Assembly: GCA_036303105.1 (NCBI GenBank)
Contig: JAXJBF010000135.1
Coordinates: 192 to 64,191, forward strand
Source of the DNA: Peptococcaceae bacterium
Lineage (GTDB): Bacteria > Bacillota > Peptococcia > Peptococcales > Peptococcaceae
DNA: 64,000 bases
Direction of reading: 5' to 3'
This document shows, one piece after another, positions 28,101-37,385 of the stretch. A model generated the notes under the pieces. It ran no database searches. It worked only from the letters and a program-made list of their open reading frames with translations, and was not told the origin of the DNA. The position numbers and the translations under genes were made by a program. Position 1 is the first letter of the stretch, and each line of letters begins with the position of its first letter.

Positions 28101-30155
28101 TACTTCTTCGCCGTTGATCTTGACATTAAAATTTGTGAAGTAATCTCTGTACAATTTGCCATTGTTATTTTGCACGTCTTTGCCTTGATCCGGCACATAG
28201 ATGACATAGTTCATGTCGTAAGCCTTATCGAAAGTGAACGTAAATTCACGGGAATTGTACCAGCCAATGGCAATCCAACTGGTACGATAATCGTTGTCAT
28301 ATACTGCGCCTGGCATCTCGCCCTTGCTGACAGCAGCCGTGTTGTTCTTTGGATAAGTCGCAGAAGCTACGATGCTGTTATCCAGGCGATTGGTCGTCGG
28401 CAACGCTGGGCCATCAACCTGCTCGGTTTTTGGCGTGCCTTCAGCCGTCAGCGACACAGGGCCGCTGCCCTTGCTGTTGACGCCGAACACCTGTACCTCA
28501 TAGGTGGTGCCGTTTTTCAGGCCAGTGATGACAGCGCTGCTCTGATAAGATTTTTCCAGCACGGTGAAGGTGTCACTGCCTTTTTCACGATACTGCACCT
28601 TGCTGGACACCGTGTCCTTGCCTGGCTTCCAGGTGACAGTGAGCAGGGTGTCGCCAGCGGTCACAGTGACGTTGTCCGGCTTGTCCGGCACACTGTTTGG
28701 CTGCGGCGTGGCACTGACCACGTCCGACTTGCCGCCTTCCCAGTTCTGGCCGCCGTTGTTGGAAATAGGTGCCACAGCAAAATAATAAGTCTTGAGGTTT
28801 TCAAGGTTGCCTAACGTATAAGTGGTTTGATCGGTTTCCACCGTGTTGGTCAGCGCATTGGCGCTGGTGCCATAGTAGATCTTGTAGCCGGTGATGTTTG
28901 GAAACGCCTCCCAGCTCAGGGTGACTTCTTTGGTGCCTGCTTTCGCGGTCAGGTTCTTCACGGTCACATCTTCAGCCGCAGGATTGTCTGGCACGATGTC
29001 CTGCACAAACTTGATCTGTTCCACCACAACCGGCTGATCGTCAACCACTTCGATCTTGATGGTGATCTTCTTCACCGGCACTTTCTTTCCAAGATTGATG
29101 ACCACCGTCTGACGGCCATCGTCGCGGGTCTGAATCGCCAGCACGTTGTCGCTCTGGCTGTTGAATGGCACTTCCAAAGTTGTGCCGTCTGCCAGCTCAG
29201 CAACCACAGTACCAGCGCTCAACGGGCTGGTGGTTGGACTGACGATTTCAACCTGTTCCATTTCCACGCCTTTGTCGTCGTCTGTGATCGGAATTGGCAG
29301 CGCCAGTTCGCTGCTGCCTGTTGCTGCGGATAAGGTCACTGCTTTGCCGTCATCGACAAAGAGAGAGGCCACATCCCCATCGCTCACTTCAACGGTGCCG
29401 CTTGCAGTGATCGCTTCGCTGACTTTTGCCGTGTCCACGACATTCGCCGCAATCAGCGCCGTGTTGTACACTTTGGCTTCGCCAGTGGCGCCGGTCGCCA
29501 ACGTCACCAAGGTAAGATCGGAGATGTCCACTGTGCCATCGCCGTTCAAATCGGCAGCAGCGTCGTTGGTGCTCAGCTTGGCTTTCACCAGCTCAATGTC
29601 TTCCGTGTTGACCTTGCCGTCACCATTCAGATCGCCCTGGGTGAAGGTGGCATCGCCAGTGCCAACAATGAGCCCCTGAGAATACTTGTCGAGGGTCAGC
29701 GCTGGGCTGGTGTACGTCTTAAAGCCTGAGCCAGCAAAGGTCAGCTTATAATCGCTGCCATCTGCAGCCAGCCCACGAATGCTGATGTCCACATAGCTCA
29801 GCGTTTGTCCGGTGCTGCGCAGGCTCACATCGCCAGCAGCACCGCTGCCATCCTTAAAGGTCAGCGTGCCATCAGCACCCAGTTTTCCTGAAGCGATCGC
29901 AGAATCACCTTTCAACAGGGTTAAGGTCGCGTCGCTCAACTTTGAAGCAGTGATTGGATAATCCAGGCGCACGGTGGCCTGAATCTCTCCTGTCGCGGCG
30001 TTGTCGGCCACAGCGCTGCGCGTGTCGGCCAATGCTTCCTGGGCAAATCCACCCACCATGCCAAACGCCATCGCTGTGACTAAAATACTCGCCAATACTC
30101 TGTGATACCATTTCGTCATTCCATTATCGCTTCCTTTCTGCTTGGTTTTCATCAC
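25119..30155 (-). CDS. Large secreted M60-like (enhancin-type) zinc metallopeptidase with dockerin-like, FN3 and discoidin-like modules
   Basis: GWGIAHEIGHNMD HExxH motif. DLNGDGKVNTEDI..DLNGDGTVDISDL dockerin-type repeats. FN3-like repeats. Signal peptide. Confidence 0.85.
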   Translation of the reverse strand: MMKTKQKGSDNGMTKWYHRVLASILVTAMAFGMVGGFAQEALADTRSAVADNAATGEIQATVRLDYPITASKLSDATLTLLKGDSAIASGKLGADGTLTFKDGSGAAGDVSLRSTGQTLSYVDISIRGLAADGSDYKLTFAGSGFKTYTSPALTLDKYSQGLIVGTGDATFTQGDLNGDGKVNTEDIELVKAKLSTNDAAADLNGDGTVDISDLTLVTLATGATGEAKVYNTALIAANVVDTAKVSEAITASGTVEVSDGDVASLFVDDGKAVTLSAATGSSELALPIPITDDDKGVEMEQVEIVSPTTSPLSAGTVVAELADGTTLEVPFNSQSDNVLAIQTRDDGRQTVVINLGKKVPVKKITIKIEVVDDQPVVVEQIKFVQDIVPDNPAAEDVTVKNLTAKAGTKEVTLSWEAFPNITGYKIYYGTSANALTNTVETDQTTYTLGNLENLKTYYFAVAPISNNGGQNWEGGKSDVVSATPQPNSVPDKPDNVTVTAGDTLLTVTWKPGKDTVSSKVQYREKGSDTFTVLEKSYQSSAVITGLKNGTTYEVQVFGVNSKGSGPVSLTAEGTPKTEQVDGPALPTTNRLDNSIVASATYPKNNTAAVSKGEMPGAVYDNDYRTSWIAIGWYNSREFTFTFDKAYDMNYVIYVPDQGKDVQNNNGKLYRDYFTNFNVKINGEEVSATFEKAKDNEYFIVKFPRAQVKTLSIEGEQWGGAGNITLSEIAFYSYDGLSDDIDALFANGSHTKLASGVDQGKIDALRARANDANAYVVDKAVLLDELDNAQQLLDKQDSALIVRDGFESRSAAADSKYGQSASALQPLGVSALSGNNVALYVDGLDDGESIKLVQWQQYAEAGTTSKSYTLNNGRNLVWLSAIGNSGSGERGGPLYIEYSGKNADKITIQVRDVSTNKNVVTAIPTLNLTPEQWYGKSEAERKAVIKTYVSDLQTYVKGLSFGNETSKKTNTRNTTDIATPSVLLSIPANQVVAGLGGVNASVDTMTDKLYQSLVAWEQMLFLSNKTQGIIDGDAAFDSYEYPMETRQNIRFCRMFSGAFMFAAGSYIGVEYDSTPGLVTGAPLSDGSSDAESLFGWGIAHEIGHNMDKIGYAEITNNIYSLVAQTADTDNMTGTSRLEGGTYDDIFTKVALAKPGQAGNVFVQLGMYWQLHLAYDGKGSALDGSGALDFYNAFFKKWKAGAYSDAASKDDRIALIASEVTNKNLTEFFTRWGMELSASTKSALKSYGSEDRDIWYLNDDSRRDRLNGEKKASLNAELSAAVANDKQVTLTMTVDGQADRVQGYEISRNGQVIAFVSGDGNTTQTYTDTVGSANNVAMSYSVRVIDKLGYEVATAKAKDVRISYDTTIDRSQYDIVRDDATGNIVITAKNGATLSSAGIKITGDNAPSSGKYLVFTSDSVHDLGSAETFQDLGTVTPTGGWTLAKNGDFSKGTATSDGSFLSYFNKPGAGADDTRIWMYDAKQIAISGVPKNVDVNDIHLLSYPGDNIAFTEGASIGVLDKDYTYDVGDGQTETIKAGTVIVTGSYRGDPLYNSVRVVGTFQTVTPASDKAPTTTEQTLAGETLLLAEVPEDGAVSTISDGFFIFIPEDQEAFKKVCEDHVGEDGHSASANENVLIALKAQMWRAEDIYGSNPRMTSDTTFISVPRYDSMPGIVFEGAGN

Positions 30156-30312
30156 TGATAAGCAATTGATATATTATTTTATATTCATTGAAACTTATCA
30201 TTTTCAGGCAAGATCATACCAAACCATAGATGTCTGGTATAGTATGATACTTACCATTTTTAGCTTTTTTTAAGAAAAAGTAACCTTTTTTCATGAAATA
30301 TGAAAATATTAC

Positions 30313-30360
30313 AAAAAAATAGCGCCCGCCATGATCTTTGATCGAGATCATAGCAGGCGC
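30313..30360 (-). terminator. Intrinsic terminator after MFS gene
   Basis: Imperfect hairpin GCGCC..CATGATC/GATCAT..GGCGC with a T-run on the minus strand. Confidence 0.55.
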
Positions 30361-30379
30361 AAAGCAGCTGAAGCTCGCC

Positions 30380-31531
30380 TTACACATGGCGAAAGCGCCG
30401 ACGGTTGACGGCATACACCACAAGAGCCAGCGGCACCACCAGTGCCAAAAGTGGGTAAAAAAGCGCGATGGCCACATGTCCATAGAGGAACCCACCGATG
30501 ATGGGGCCCAGTGCCATCCCTAAATCGAACCCAATATAATAGGTACTATTAGCCAAGCCGCGCTTTTCCTCACCAACGAGAAGGATGGCGGTGGACTGGC
30601 ACACCGAGCACATGATGCCATAACTGCCAGCCATAAAGGCTGCCGCGGCAAAAAGCAGCCAATCATTGTACATTTCTGTTAAAAACGCCACGCTGGCCAA
30701 CATGCAAACCGAACTGCCGCTGAGGAAAAACAGGAACGGTTTTTTATCAAACCAATTGGCCAACGACAGGCGCAGCACCAATAGAATAACCGCATATAGC
30801 GGAAAAAACAGACTGGCGCTGACAGGAAGATCGCGGGCCGCAATGTAACTGACAAGAAACGATTGGGTGGCACAATAAGGAATCGCAAACAGCATGATGA
30901 TGGCTGCCACCGGCAGCACATCCACCGCCACAAACCCACCATGTTTGGCGGCAGGCGCACTGTGGTGGACCTCGCCCTTGTCATGAATACATTGAATGGT
31001 GAGCACAACCATCACTGCCAGCGCAGTGGCCACAATGAAGGCGGCACGATAACCGATGCGCCCATAAAGGCTGATGCCCAGCGCCGGTGCGATGGCCATA
31101 GCCAGGGCATTCATGGTGCCATAAAGGCCCATGCCGGCACCGATGCGTTCTTTCGGCAGCAAATTGGATATCCACGTCGCCATGCAGACACTGCAGCAAG
31201 AGAAGCCAATGCCGTTGACAATGCGCGCCAGCACAACAATTGCTGGCGATGGCGCCAACACATAGCCGATGCAAGCCACAATCATGAGCAGAGAACCGAC
31301 GGTTGACAAGCGATACTTGCTGACCTTGTCGGCCAGATTGCCGACAAAAGGCCGACAGCACAATGAAACAATGTTCATCATGCCGCCAACCAAGCCCATA
31401 AGCACCGCACTGGCGCCAAGGCTCTCAGAAAAACCAGCGATCAGCGGTGTCACCATCATCGGACAAGCCATGTAAAAGAAACTGGCGATAAGAATCAGGC
31501 TCACATCACGAGATAACAACTTAGTGATCAC
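30380..31531 (-). CDS. MFS transporter
   Basis: 12-TM-like protein. GTG start after GGAGGAGG. Paralogue of 32236..33390. Confidence 0.8.
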   Translation of the reverse strand: MITKLLSRDVSLILIASFFYMACPMMVTPLIAGFSESLGASAVLMGLVGGMMNIVSLCCRPFVGNLADKVSKYRLSTVGSLLMIVACIGYVLAPSPAIVVLARIVNGIGFSCCSVCMATWISNLLPKERIGAGMGLYGTMNALAMAIAPALGISLYGRIGYRAAFIVATALAVMVVLTIQCIHDKGEVHHSAPAAKHGGFVAVDVLPVAAIIMLFAIPYCATQSFLVSYIAARDLPVSASLFFPLYAVILLVLRLSLANWFDKKPFLFFLSGSSVCMLASVAFLTEMYNDWLLFAAAAFMAGSYGIMCSVCQSTAILLVGEEKRGLANSTYYIGFDLGMALGPIIGGFLYGHVAIALFYPLLALVVPLALVVYAVNRRRFRHV

Positions 31532-32135
31532 GTCGCGCCTCCTCCTGCAAAATATCAACAAGAATATCGACACAGGTGTCCACACCAAATATCGATGTAT
31601 CCAGGCAGACATGAAAGTTTTTCGCGTCGCCCCAGCGCTGGCCTGTAAAGTGCTCGTAAAAATCGGCGCGGGCACGGTCTTTCTCGCGCAGACGCGTCAT
31701 GATCTCCGTGTCTGTTGCACCGTAACGCGCCAGCACACGCTGAGCGCGAAAATCGACGTTGGCATGAATGAACACATGCAGCGCCGCCACGCCTGCTTCA
31801 CGAAGAATATGATCGGCAGCGCGGCCGACAATGATGCAGGGCTGAGCGGCATAATCGAGAATGATGTGCCGCTGTATCGCATAGAGCGCTTTCTGGGGAT
31901 CCTCATAACCTGGTGCATTGGCGCGCAAAAAGCGGCTCCAAAGACGTTCGCTGGTGTTCAAATGTTCACCCTGATGCGCCACATAATCTTCACTGAAACC
32001 GCTCTTTTCTGTAGCAGCAAGAACGATTTCTTTATCATAAAACGGTACGCCGAGTCGCTGTGACAGCGCCAGGGCGATGCTGTGACCGCCGCTACCAAAC
32101 TCGCGGCTGACGGTGATAACAGGCAATGATGCCAT
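31521..32135 (-). CDS. Cytidylate-kinase-like family P-loop protein
   Basis: ITVSREFGSGGHSIALALSQRLGVPFYDKE. Confidence 0.75.
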   Translation of the reverse strand: MASLPVITVSREFGSGGHSIALALSQRLGVPFYDKEIVLAATEKSGFSEDYVAHQGEHLNTSERLWSRFLRANAPGYEDPQKALYAIQRHIILDYAAQPCIIVGRAADHILREAGVAALHVFIHANVDFRAQRVLARYGATDTEIMTRLREKDRARADFYEHFTGQRWGDAKNFHVCLDTSIFGVDTCVDILVDILQEEARRDH

Positions 32136-32235
32136 GATGGGTTCCTCCTTCAAAAATTGATCGCTTCTGCTTTCTAATGATAGCACGTTTTGCCCATGAC
32201 CGCATAAAAAAAGCCCGGCAAAGCCGGGCGTAACA

Positions 32236-33390
32236 TCAGCGCAGTCCCTGAAAGCGTTTGCGGCTGACCGCATACACCACAAGCGCCAGCGGCACCGTCA
32301 GCGCCAAAATAGGATAAAAGAGCGTCAGCGGCAGATAGCCGTAAAGCAGCCCGCCAATGAAAGCCCCCACCGCCATGCCAAGGTCGATGCCAATGTAGTA
32401 GGTGCTGTTGCCAAGGCCGCGCTCGCTTTCGTCTACCAGGAGCACCGCTGTGGACTGACAGATGGAACACATGATGCCATAGCCGCCAGCCATGAAAATG
32501 GCCGCCAGCAACAGCATCCAATTGCTGTGCATGCTGTTGAGCAGAAACAGGCTCACCAACGCACAGCCTGAGCTGGCAAAGAGGAAGAAATGAAACGGAC
32601 GCTTGTCAAACTGACTGGCAAACGACAGACGCAGCACCAAGAGCACAATCGCATAAAACGGGAAGAACCAGCCAGCATGCACCGACAGATCGCGCGCTGC
32701 AATATAGTTCACCAAATACGATTGGGTGGCACAATAAGGAATTGCGAACAGCATAATGATGAGCCCAACCGGCACCACATTTGGTGCCACAACGCCATGG
32801 TGGCGTTTCTTAGCAGCCTGTGGATGCGGCTCGCCCTTGTCGCTGACAAAGTGCACAAACACCAGCGTCAGCACGCACAGCACCGTGCCAATGATAAAGA
32901 CCGGACGATAGCCCACATGCTCATAGATAACAATGCCCAAGGCCGGCGCGATCGCCATGCCAAGGGCGTTGGTGGCGCCATAAAGCCCCATGCCGGCACC
33001 AAGGTTTTCCTTCGGCAGCAATCCAGCAATCCATGTGGACAGGCAGATCGAACAGCAGGACATGCCCAATCCATGAATCACACGCCCAACCATGACCATC
33101 CATGGCGCCGGCGCGCACACATACCCCAAACAGCCAATGAGCATGAGCAGCGCCCCAATCGACGACAGCTTGTAGCGGCTGAGTTTGTCGGCAAGGTTGC
33201 CCACAAATGGCCGCGACAACAGCGCCACCGTATTGAAGGTGGCACCAATCACACTCATGAATAACGCACCAGCGCCAAGGCTTTCTGAAAAACCAGCGAT
33301 CAGCGGTGTCGCAATAAAAGAACAGGACATATAAAAGAAACTGGCCGCAAAAACCAGACTGATGTCGCGCGTAAACAATTTAAGAATCAT
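32236..33390 (-). CDS. MFS transporter (tandem paralogue)
   Basis: MILKLFTRDISLVFAASFFYM.., colinear with 30380..31531. Confidence 0.8.
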   Translation of the reverse strand: MILKLFTRDISLVFAASFFYMSCSFIATPLIAGFSESLGAGALFMSVIGATFNTVALLSRPFVGNLADKLSRYKLSSIGALLMLIGCLGYVCAPAPWMVMVGRVIHGLGMSCCSICLSTWIAGLLPKENLGAGMGLYGATNALGMAIAPALGIVIYEHVGYRPVFIIGTVLCVLTLVFVHFVSDKGEPHPQAAKKRHHGVVAPNVVPVGLIIMLFAIPYCATQSYLVNYIAARDLSVHAGWFFPFYAIVLLVLRLSFASQFDKRPFHFFLFASSGCALVSLFLLNSMHSNWMLLLAAIFMAGGYGIMCSICQSTAVLLVDESERGLGNSTYYIGIDLGMAVGAFIGGLLYGYLPLTLFYPILALTVPLALVVYAVSRKRFQGLR

Positions 33391-33654
33391 GACGCGCCTC
33401 CTCGCTGCCAGTCCATACACTATCAACCATCACACAGGCCTCCAAACAATAAAAATCTTTCTTTTATAGTACCACCATTGCCGGGGATGCAGTCATTCAT
33501 ATTTTAGGTAGATAACCGCCCTAACTTTCGGTGAATACGGTAACCCATAAAAAGCCAACAGTTAGCAACAAGCAATTGACAAACAGTTACCGTTGGCGTA
33601 TCATAAAGTTAGCTAAACCTAATTATCAACAATCATGATGAAGGAGGGATCATC

Positions 33655-34545
33655 GTGCTGGCCGAATATCTGCAGCGTCATGTCAATGCCATGTGGCAGC
33701 ATCCGATCAAGGGGGTGCGTCTTTGCCGCTTCAGCGGCACCATGGGCAGCACCACCCAGGCTTTGGCGCCAGTGCTGGCGCCGCTTCATTTTGAAGCCTT
33801 CTTTTGTCACAGCGGCCAGCTTCACCTGCAGCGCACCCATGACCATCTTCGCATACAAGCGCGAGAAATTCTCCTGCTCAGCGATGTCAGCGCCATCACT
33901 GGCGCCTGCCTCACTGGCAATCTCAGCGGCATCCTGGTGGCTGTTGACGCTCATCAGGCACAGGACAGCCTGCAAACCCTCTGTGCGTTGACCGGCGGCC
34001 AACCTCTGGACACTGCCGCCGTCGCACGCCGTATGCACGCCTGCAAAGGCAGCGCTGTGATTGGTGCCTCCCCGTGGACAAACAGCGCATTCGACACGCT
34101 CGCCACCTTGAACGCCGATGACCAGGGCCGCTACATTCTCTGGAAGGCGCTGGAACTGCTCTATCTGCTGAGCTGTCGTGATCTTTTTGCTGAGACAGCC
34201 CCGGCTGCACACACCGACAACGCCTTGGCGCCGCTCTTAGAAGAAATGACGGTCTACATGCGTCAGCATCTCAGCGATAAACTCACCATCGAGGCCCTCA
34301 GCACCCGCTTCGGGCTTTCACAAACAGTGCTCAAAAAAGCTTTCCGCCACTGTTACGGACAGCCCATTCACGCCTGGCTTCAGGAGCAGCGCCTGACACG
34401 CGCCGCCTGCCTGCTCAGAGAAAGCCCGATGACGGTGTTAGAAATCGCCCATGAAGTCGGCTACAGCAGCACCAGCCAGTTCAGCAGCGCTTTTGTTCGC
34501 CGTTATGGCGCCACCCCTGGCCAATATCGCCGCAAATCCGTCTGA
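33655..34545 (+). CDS. AraC-family transcriptional regulator
   Basis: C-terminal LTIEALSTRFGLSQTVLKKAF..VLEIAHEVGYSSTSQFSSAF. GTG start after GGAGGG. Confidence 0.85.
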   Translation: MLAEYLQRHVNAMWQHPIKGVRLCRFSGTMGSTTQALAPVLAPLHFEAFFCHSGQLHLQRTHDHLRIQAREILLLSDVSAITGACLTGNLSGILVAVDAHQAQDSLQTLCALTGGQPLDTAAVARRMHACKGSAVIGASPWTNSAFDTLATLNADDQGRYILWKALELLYLLSCRDLFAETAPAAHTDNALAPLLEEMTVYMRQHLSDKLTIEALSTRFGLSQTVLKKAFRHCYGQPIHAWLQEQRLTRAACLLRESPMTVLEIAHEVGYSSTSQFSSAFVRRYGATPGQYRRKSV

Positions 34546-34634
34546 TGCGGCAACGATTCCGTCCGAAATGGCGCGATTGTGCGCCACCGCCTTGCTATAC
34601 TGAGACAATGGAGCGAACCTGGTTGGAAGGAGGG

Positions 34635-34721
34635 ATGACCATGAAACAGCACCGTTTTTGGGCCTGGAGCGCCCTTCTCTGCATGGTGATGCTTTTACTG
34701 ACCGGTTACAATCATAAATAA
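34635..34721 (+). CDS. Possible 28-aa membrane micro-protein
   Basis: MTMKQHRFWAWSALLCMVMLLLTGYNHK, with GGAAGGAGGG directly upstream. Below the ORF-track cutoff. Confidence 0.3.
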   Translation: MTMKQHRFWAWSALLCMVMLLLTGYNHK

Positions 34722-34743
34722 GGTATAGAAAGGACGTTGCACA

Positions 34744-35055
34744 ATGAGTACCATATCAAAAATCGCTTGCTTCGTCGGCGGCACATTATTTGGGTCCGTC
34801 GGCATCAAACTGCTGAGCAGCAAGGATGCAAAGAAAGCCTATGTCCATGTAACAGCCGCCGGACTGCGTGCCAAAGACTGCGTCATGACCACCGTCGACA
34901 CGGTTCAGGAAAATGCCAATGACATCCTCGCTGCTGCCCAGGATCTCAACGATGACCGCGTCGCCCAGGAAGAAGCAGAACGCGCCGCCAACATCATCGC
35001 TGATGCTGCTGACAACGACGACGAAGCCGACGCAGAAGACGGCAAAGACGCATAA
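34744..35055 (+). CDS. Small membrane-anchored acidic protein (DUF6110-like)
   Basis: N-terminal TM helix and acidic tail. Recalled from memory as a frequent neighbour of P-type ATPases in Clostridia. Confidence 0.6.
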   Translation: MSTISKIACFVGGTLFGSVGIKLLSSKDAKKAYVHVTAAGLRAKDCVMTTVDTVQENANDILAAAQDLNDDRVAQEEAERAANIIADAADNDDEADAEDGKDA

Positions 35056-35108
35056 GTCACCATAGGAGCCGCAAACGACGGCTCTTTTTTGTATTGGAGG
35101 AATTTTTT

Positions 35109-37244
35109 ATGAAGGCAACCCTTTTACACGAAAGCCGCGGACGGCTGCGTCTGCGCCTGGGCAGCAAACCGCTGCGCATGGCCGATGCCGACCGCCTCGC
35201 ACGCTGGCTGGAGGCACAGCCTGCCATCACCGAAGTGACCCTCTTCGAACGCACTGCCGGCGTCATCATCCGCTACGAAGGCGATCGCCGCGCGGTGATC
35301 GATGCCATCGCCCGCTTTCGCTGGCAGGATGCAGAAACCGAAGCGCCACTGCCCGCTTCAACAGCACGCGCCATCAACCGCCAATTCCGCGAAAAGCTCG
35401 TCGGCAAGGTGCTGGTGCGCATCGGCTGCCGTCTTTTTCTGCCGCGGCCGCTGCGCCTGCTGAAGCTGGTGCGCCACATGCTGCCCTTCATGCGCCGCGG
35501 CTTCGCCTGCCTGCGCCAGCGCCGGCTCAACGTGGAGCTGCTGGATGCCCTTTCCATTGGCATCTCGGTGGCACGGCGCGACTTTGGCACTGCTGGCATG
35601 GTGATGTTTCTGCTGGAAATCGGGGAATTGCTCGAAGAATGGACCCATAAAAAATCGATTGCCGACCTCGCCCAGTCCATGTCCCTCCATGTGGACCGTG
35701 TCTGGGTACGCGGCGACAACCAGCTTGATGTGCTGACACCGATCAGCCAGGTGCAGCCAGGCGACACCATCGTCGTCCGTGCGGGCGGCATCATCCCGCT
35801 GGATGGCACAGTGATCGCCGGCGAAGCCACCGTCAATCAGGCTTCGCTGACTGGCGAATCGCTGCCTGTGCCTAAGCATGCAGACAGCGTCGTCTACGCC
35901 GGCACCATCGTCGAAGAAGGCGAATGCCTCATCGTCGTCAAGGAAGCCTCTGGCGGCAGCCGCTACGATCAGATCGTGGCCATGATCGAACAATCCGAAC
36001 GGCTCAAAAGCGCCAGCGAAGCCAAAGCATCCCATCTCGCAGACAAGCTCGTGCCTTATACATTTTTGGGCAGCCTGGCTGCGCTTGCGCTCACACGCTC
36101 GCCTGCCCGCGCGCTGTCGGTGCTGATGGTCGATTTCAGCTGCGCCCTCAAACTTGCCATGCCGCTGGCGGTGCTCTCAGCAATTCGTGAAGCCGCCAAA
36201 AACCACATCACCGTCAAAGGCGGCAAATTTCTTGAAACCCTCGCTCATGCCGACACCATCGTCTTCGACAAAACCGGCACCCTCACCCACGCCTGCCCGC
36301 AGGTGGTGGAAGTGGTGCCATTCGGCGGCCATGAGGAAAATGAGATGCTTCGTTTGGCAGCCTGCCTGGAAGAACATTTTCCGCACTCCATGGCCAACGC
36401 CGTCGTTGCTGAAGCCAAACAGCGCGGTCTCAACCATGACGAATACCACTCCAAAGTAGACTACATCGTAGCCCATGGCATCGCCAGCACAGTGGGCGAG
36501 GATCGTGTGCTCATTGGCAGCCGCCATTTCATCTTCGATGACGAAGGCATCATCCTGCCAGCTGGCGAGCGTGCCCGTTTCGATGCATTATCACCACAGT
36601 ATTCTCACCTTTACCTTGCCATCGCCGGTGAATTGGCTGCTGTGATCTGCATCGCCGACCCTTTGCGGCAGGAGGCCCAGGCTGTGCTTGCTGCGCTCAA
36701 AGCGCTCGGTATCACACGCACTGTAATGCTCACTGGCGACAGCCAGCGCACGGCCGCAGCCATTGCAGCTGAAGCTGGTGTCGATGCCTTCTGTGCCGAA
36801 ATGCTGCCCGCAGACAAAGCACGCTTTGTGGCAGAACAACGCGCCGCCGGACACACTGTGATCATGGTCGGTGACGGCATCAACGATTCCCCAGCGCTCT
36901 CAGAAGCCGACTGCGGCATTGCCATCAGTGACGGCGCCGCCATCGCCCGCGAAATTGCCGATGTCACCATTGCGGCCGACAGCCTCTGGGAACTGGTGAC
37001 GCTGCGGCGCATCGCTTCAGCATTGATGGGGCGCATCCAGTCCAATTACCGTTTTGTCATCGGCTTCAACGGCGCGCTCATCGCCCTTGGCCTGACAGGC
37101 ATCCTGGCGCCAGCCACCTCAGCCACCCTGCACAACCTCTCCACCCTTGGCGTCAGCCTGCGCAGCATGCGTCCGCTGACACATCCAGCGCCAACACCGC
37201 AAACCACCGCCAGCGGTGCCTGCGCTCGGCAGGCACTGTCCTAA
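35109..37244 (+). CDS. P1B-type heavy-metal ATPase with SCA instead of CPC in the transport helix
   Basis: DKTGTLT, GDGINDSPAL, TGES. MVDFSCALKLAMP. The N-terminal HMA-like domain lacks CxxC. Confidence 0.9.
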   Translation: MKATLLHESRGRLRLRLGSKPLRMADADRLARWLEAQPAITEVTLFERTAGVIIRYEGDRRAVIDAIARFRWQDAETEAPLPASTARAINRQFREKLVGKVLVRIGCRLFLPRPLRLLKLVRHMLPFMRRGFACLRQRRLNVELLDALSIGISVARRDFGTAGMVMFLLEIGELLEEWTHKKSIADLAQSMSLHVDRVWVRGDNQLDVLTPISQVQPGDTIVVRAGGIIPLDGTVIAGEATVNQASLTGESLPVPKHADSVVYAGTIVEEGECLIVVKEASGGSRYDQIVAMIEQSERLKSASEAKASHLADKLVPYTFLGSLAALALTRSPARALSVLMVDFSCALKLAMPLAVLSAIREAAKNHITVKGGKFLETLAHADTIVFDKTGTLTHACPQVVEVVPFGGHEENEMLRLAACLEEHFPHSMANAVVAEAKQRGLNHDEYHSKVDYIVAHGIASTVGEDRVLIGSRHFIFDDEGIILPAGERARFDALSPQYSHLYLAIAGELAAVICIADPLRQEAQAVLAALKALGITRTVMLTGDSQRTAAAIAAEAGVDAFCAEMLPADKARFVAEQRAAGHTVIMVGDGINDSPALSEADCGIAISDGAAIAREIADVTIAADSLWELVTLRRIASALMGRIQSNYRFVIGFNGALIALGLTGILAPATSATLHNLSTLGVSLRSMRPLTHPAPTPQTTASGACARQALS

Positions 37245-37385
37245 CAGCAAAAATTCTGTTTTCGATGAGATGTTCTCTCTTTTTTGCAAGATTTTGTTGT
37301 AATTGTTACTGCCTTGACCCTTTTTTGCAGTCATTTTGCGCTACAATAGTAGAAATGATTGAATGATAAAAAGGAGATGACCCTC

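Noticed and set aside
25284-28814. Long + strand ORFs (538 aa and 408 aa) inside the M60-like gene
   Set aside because: They mirror the 1678-aa minus-strand gene, which has clear domain content. They are GC-driven shadow ORFs.
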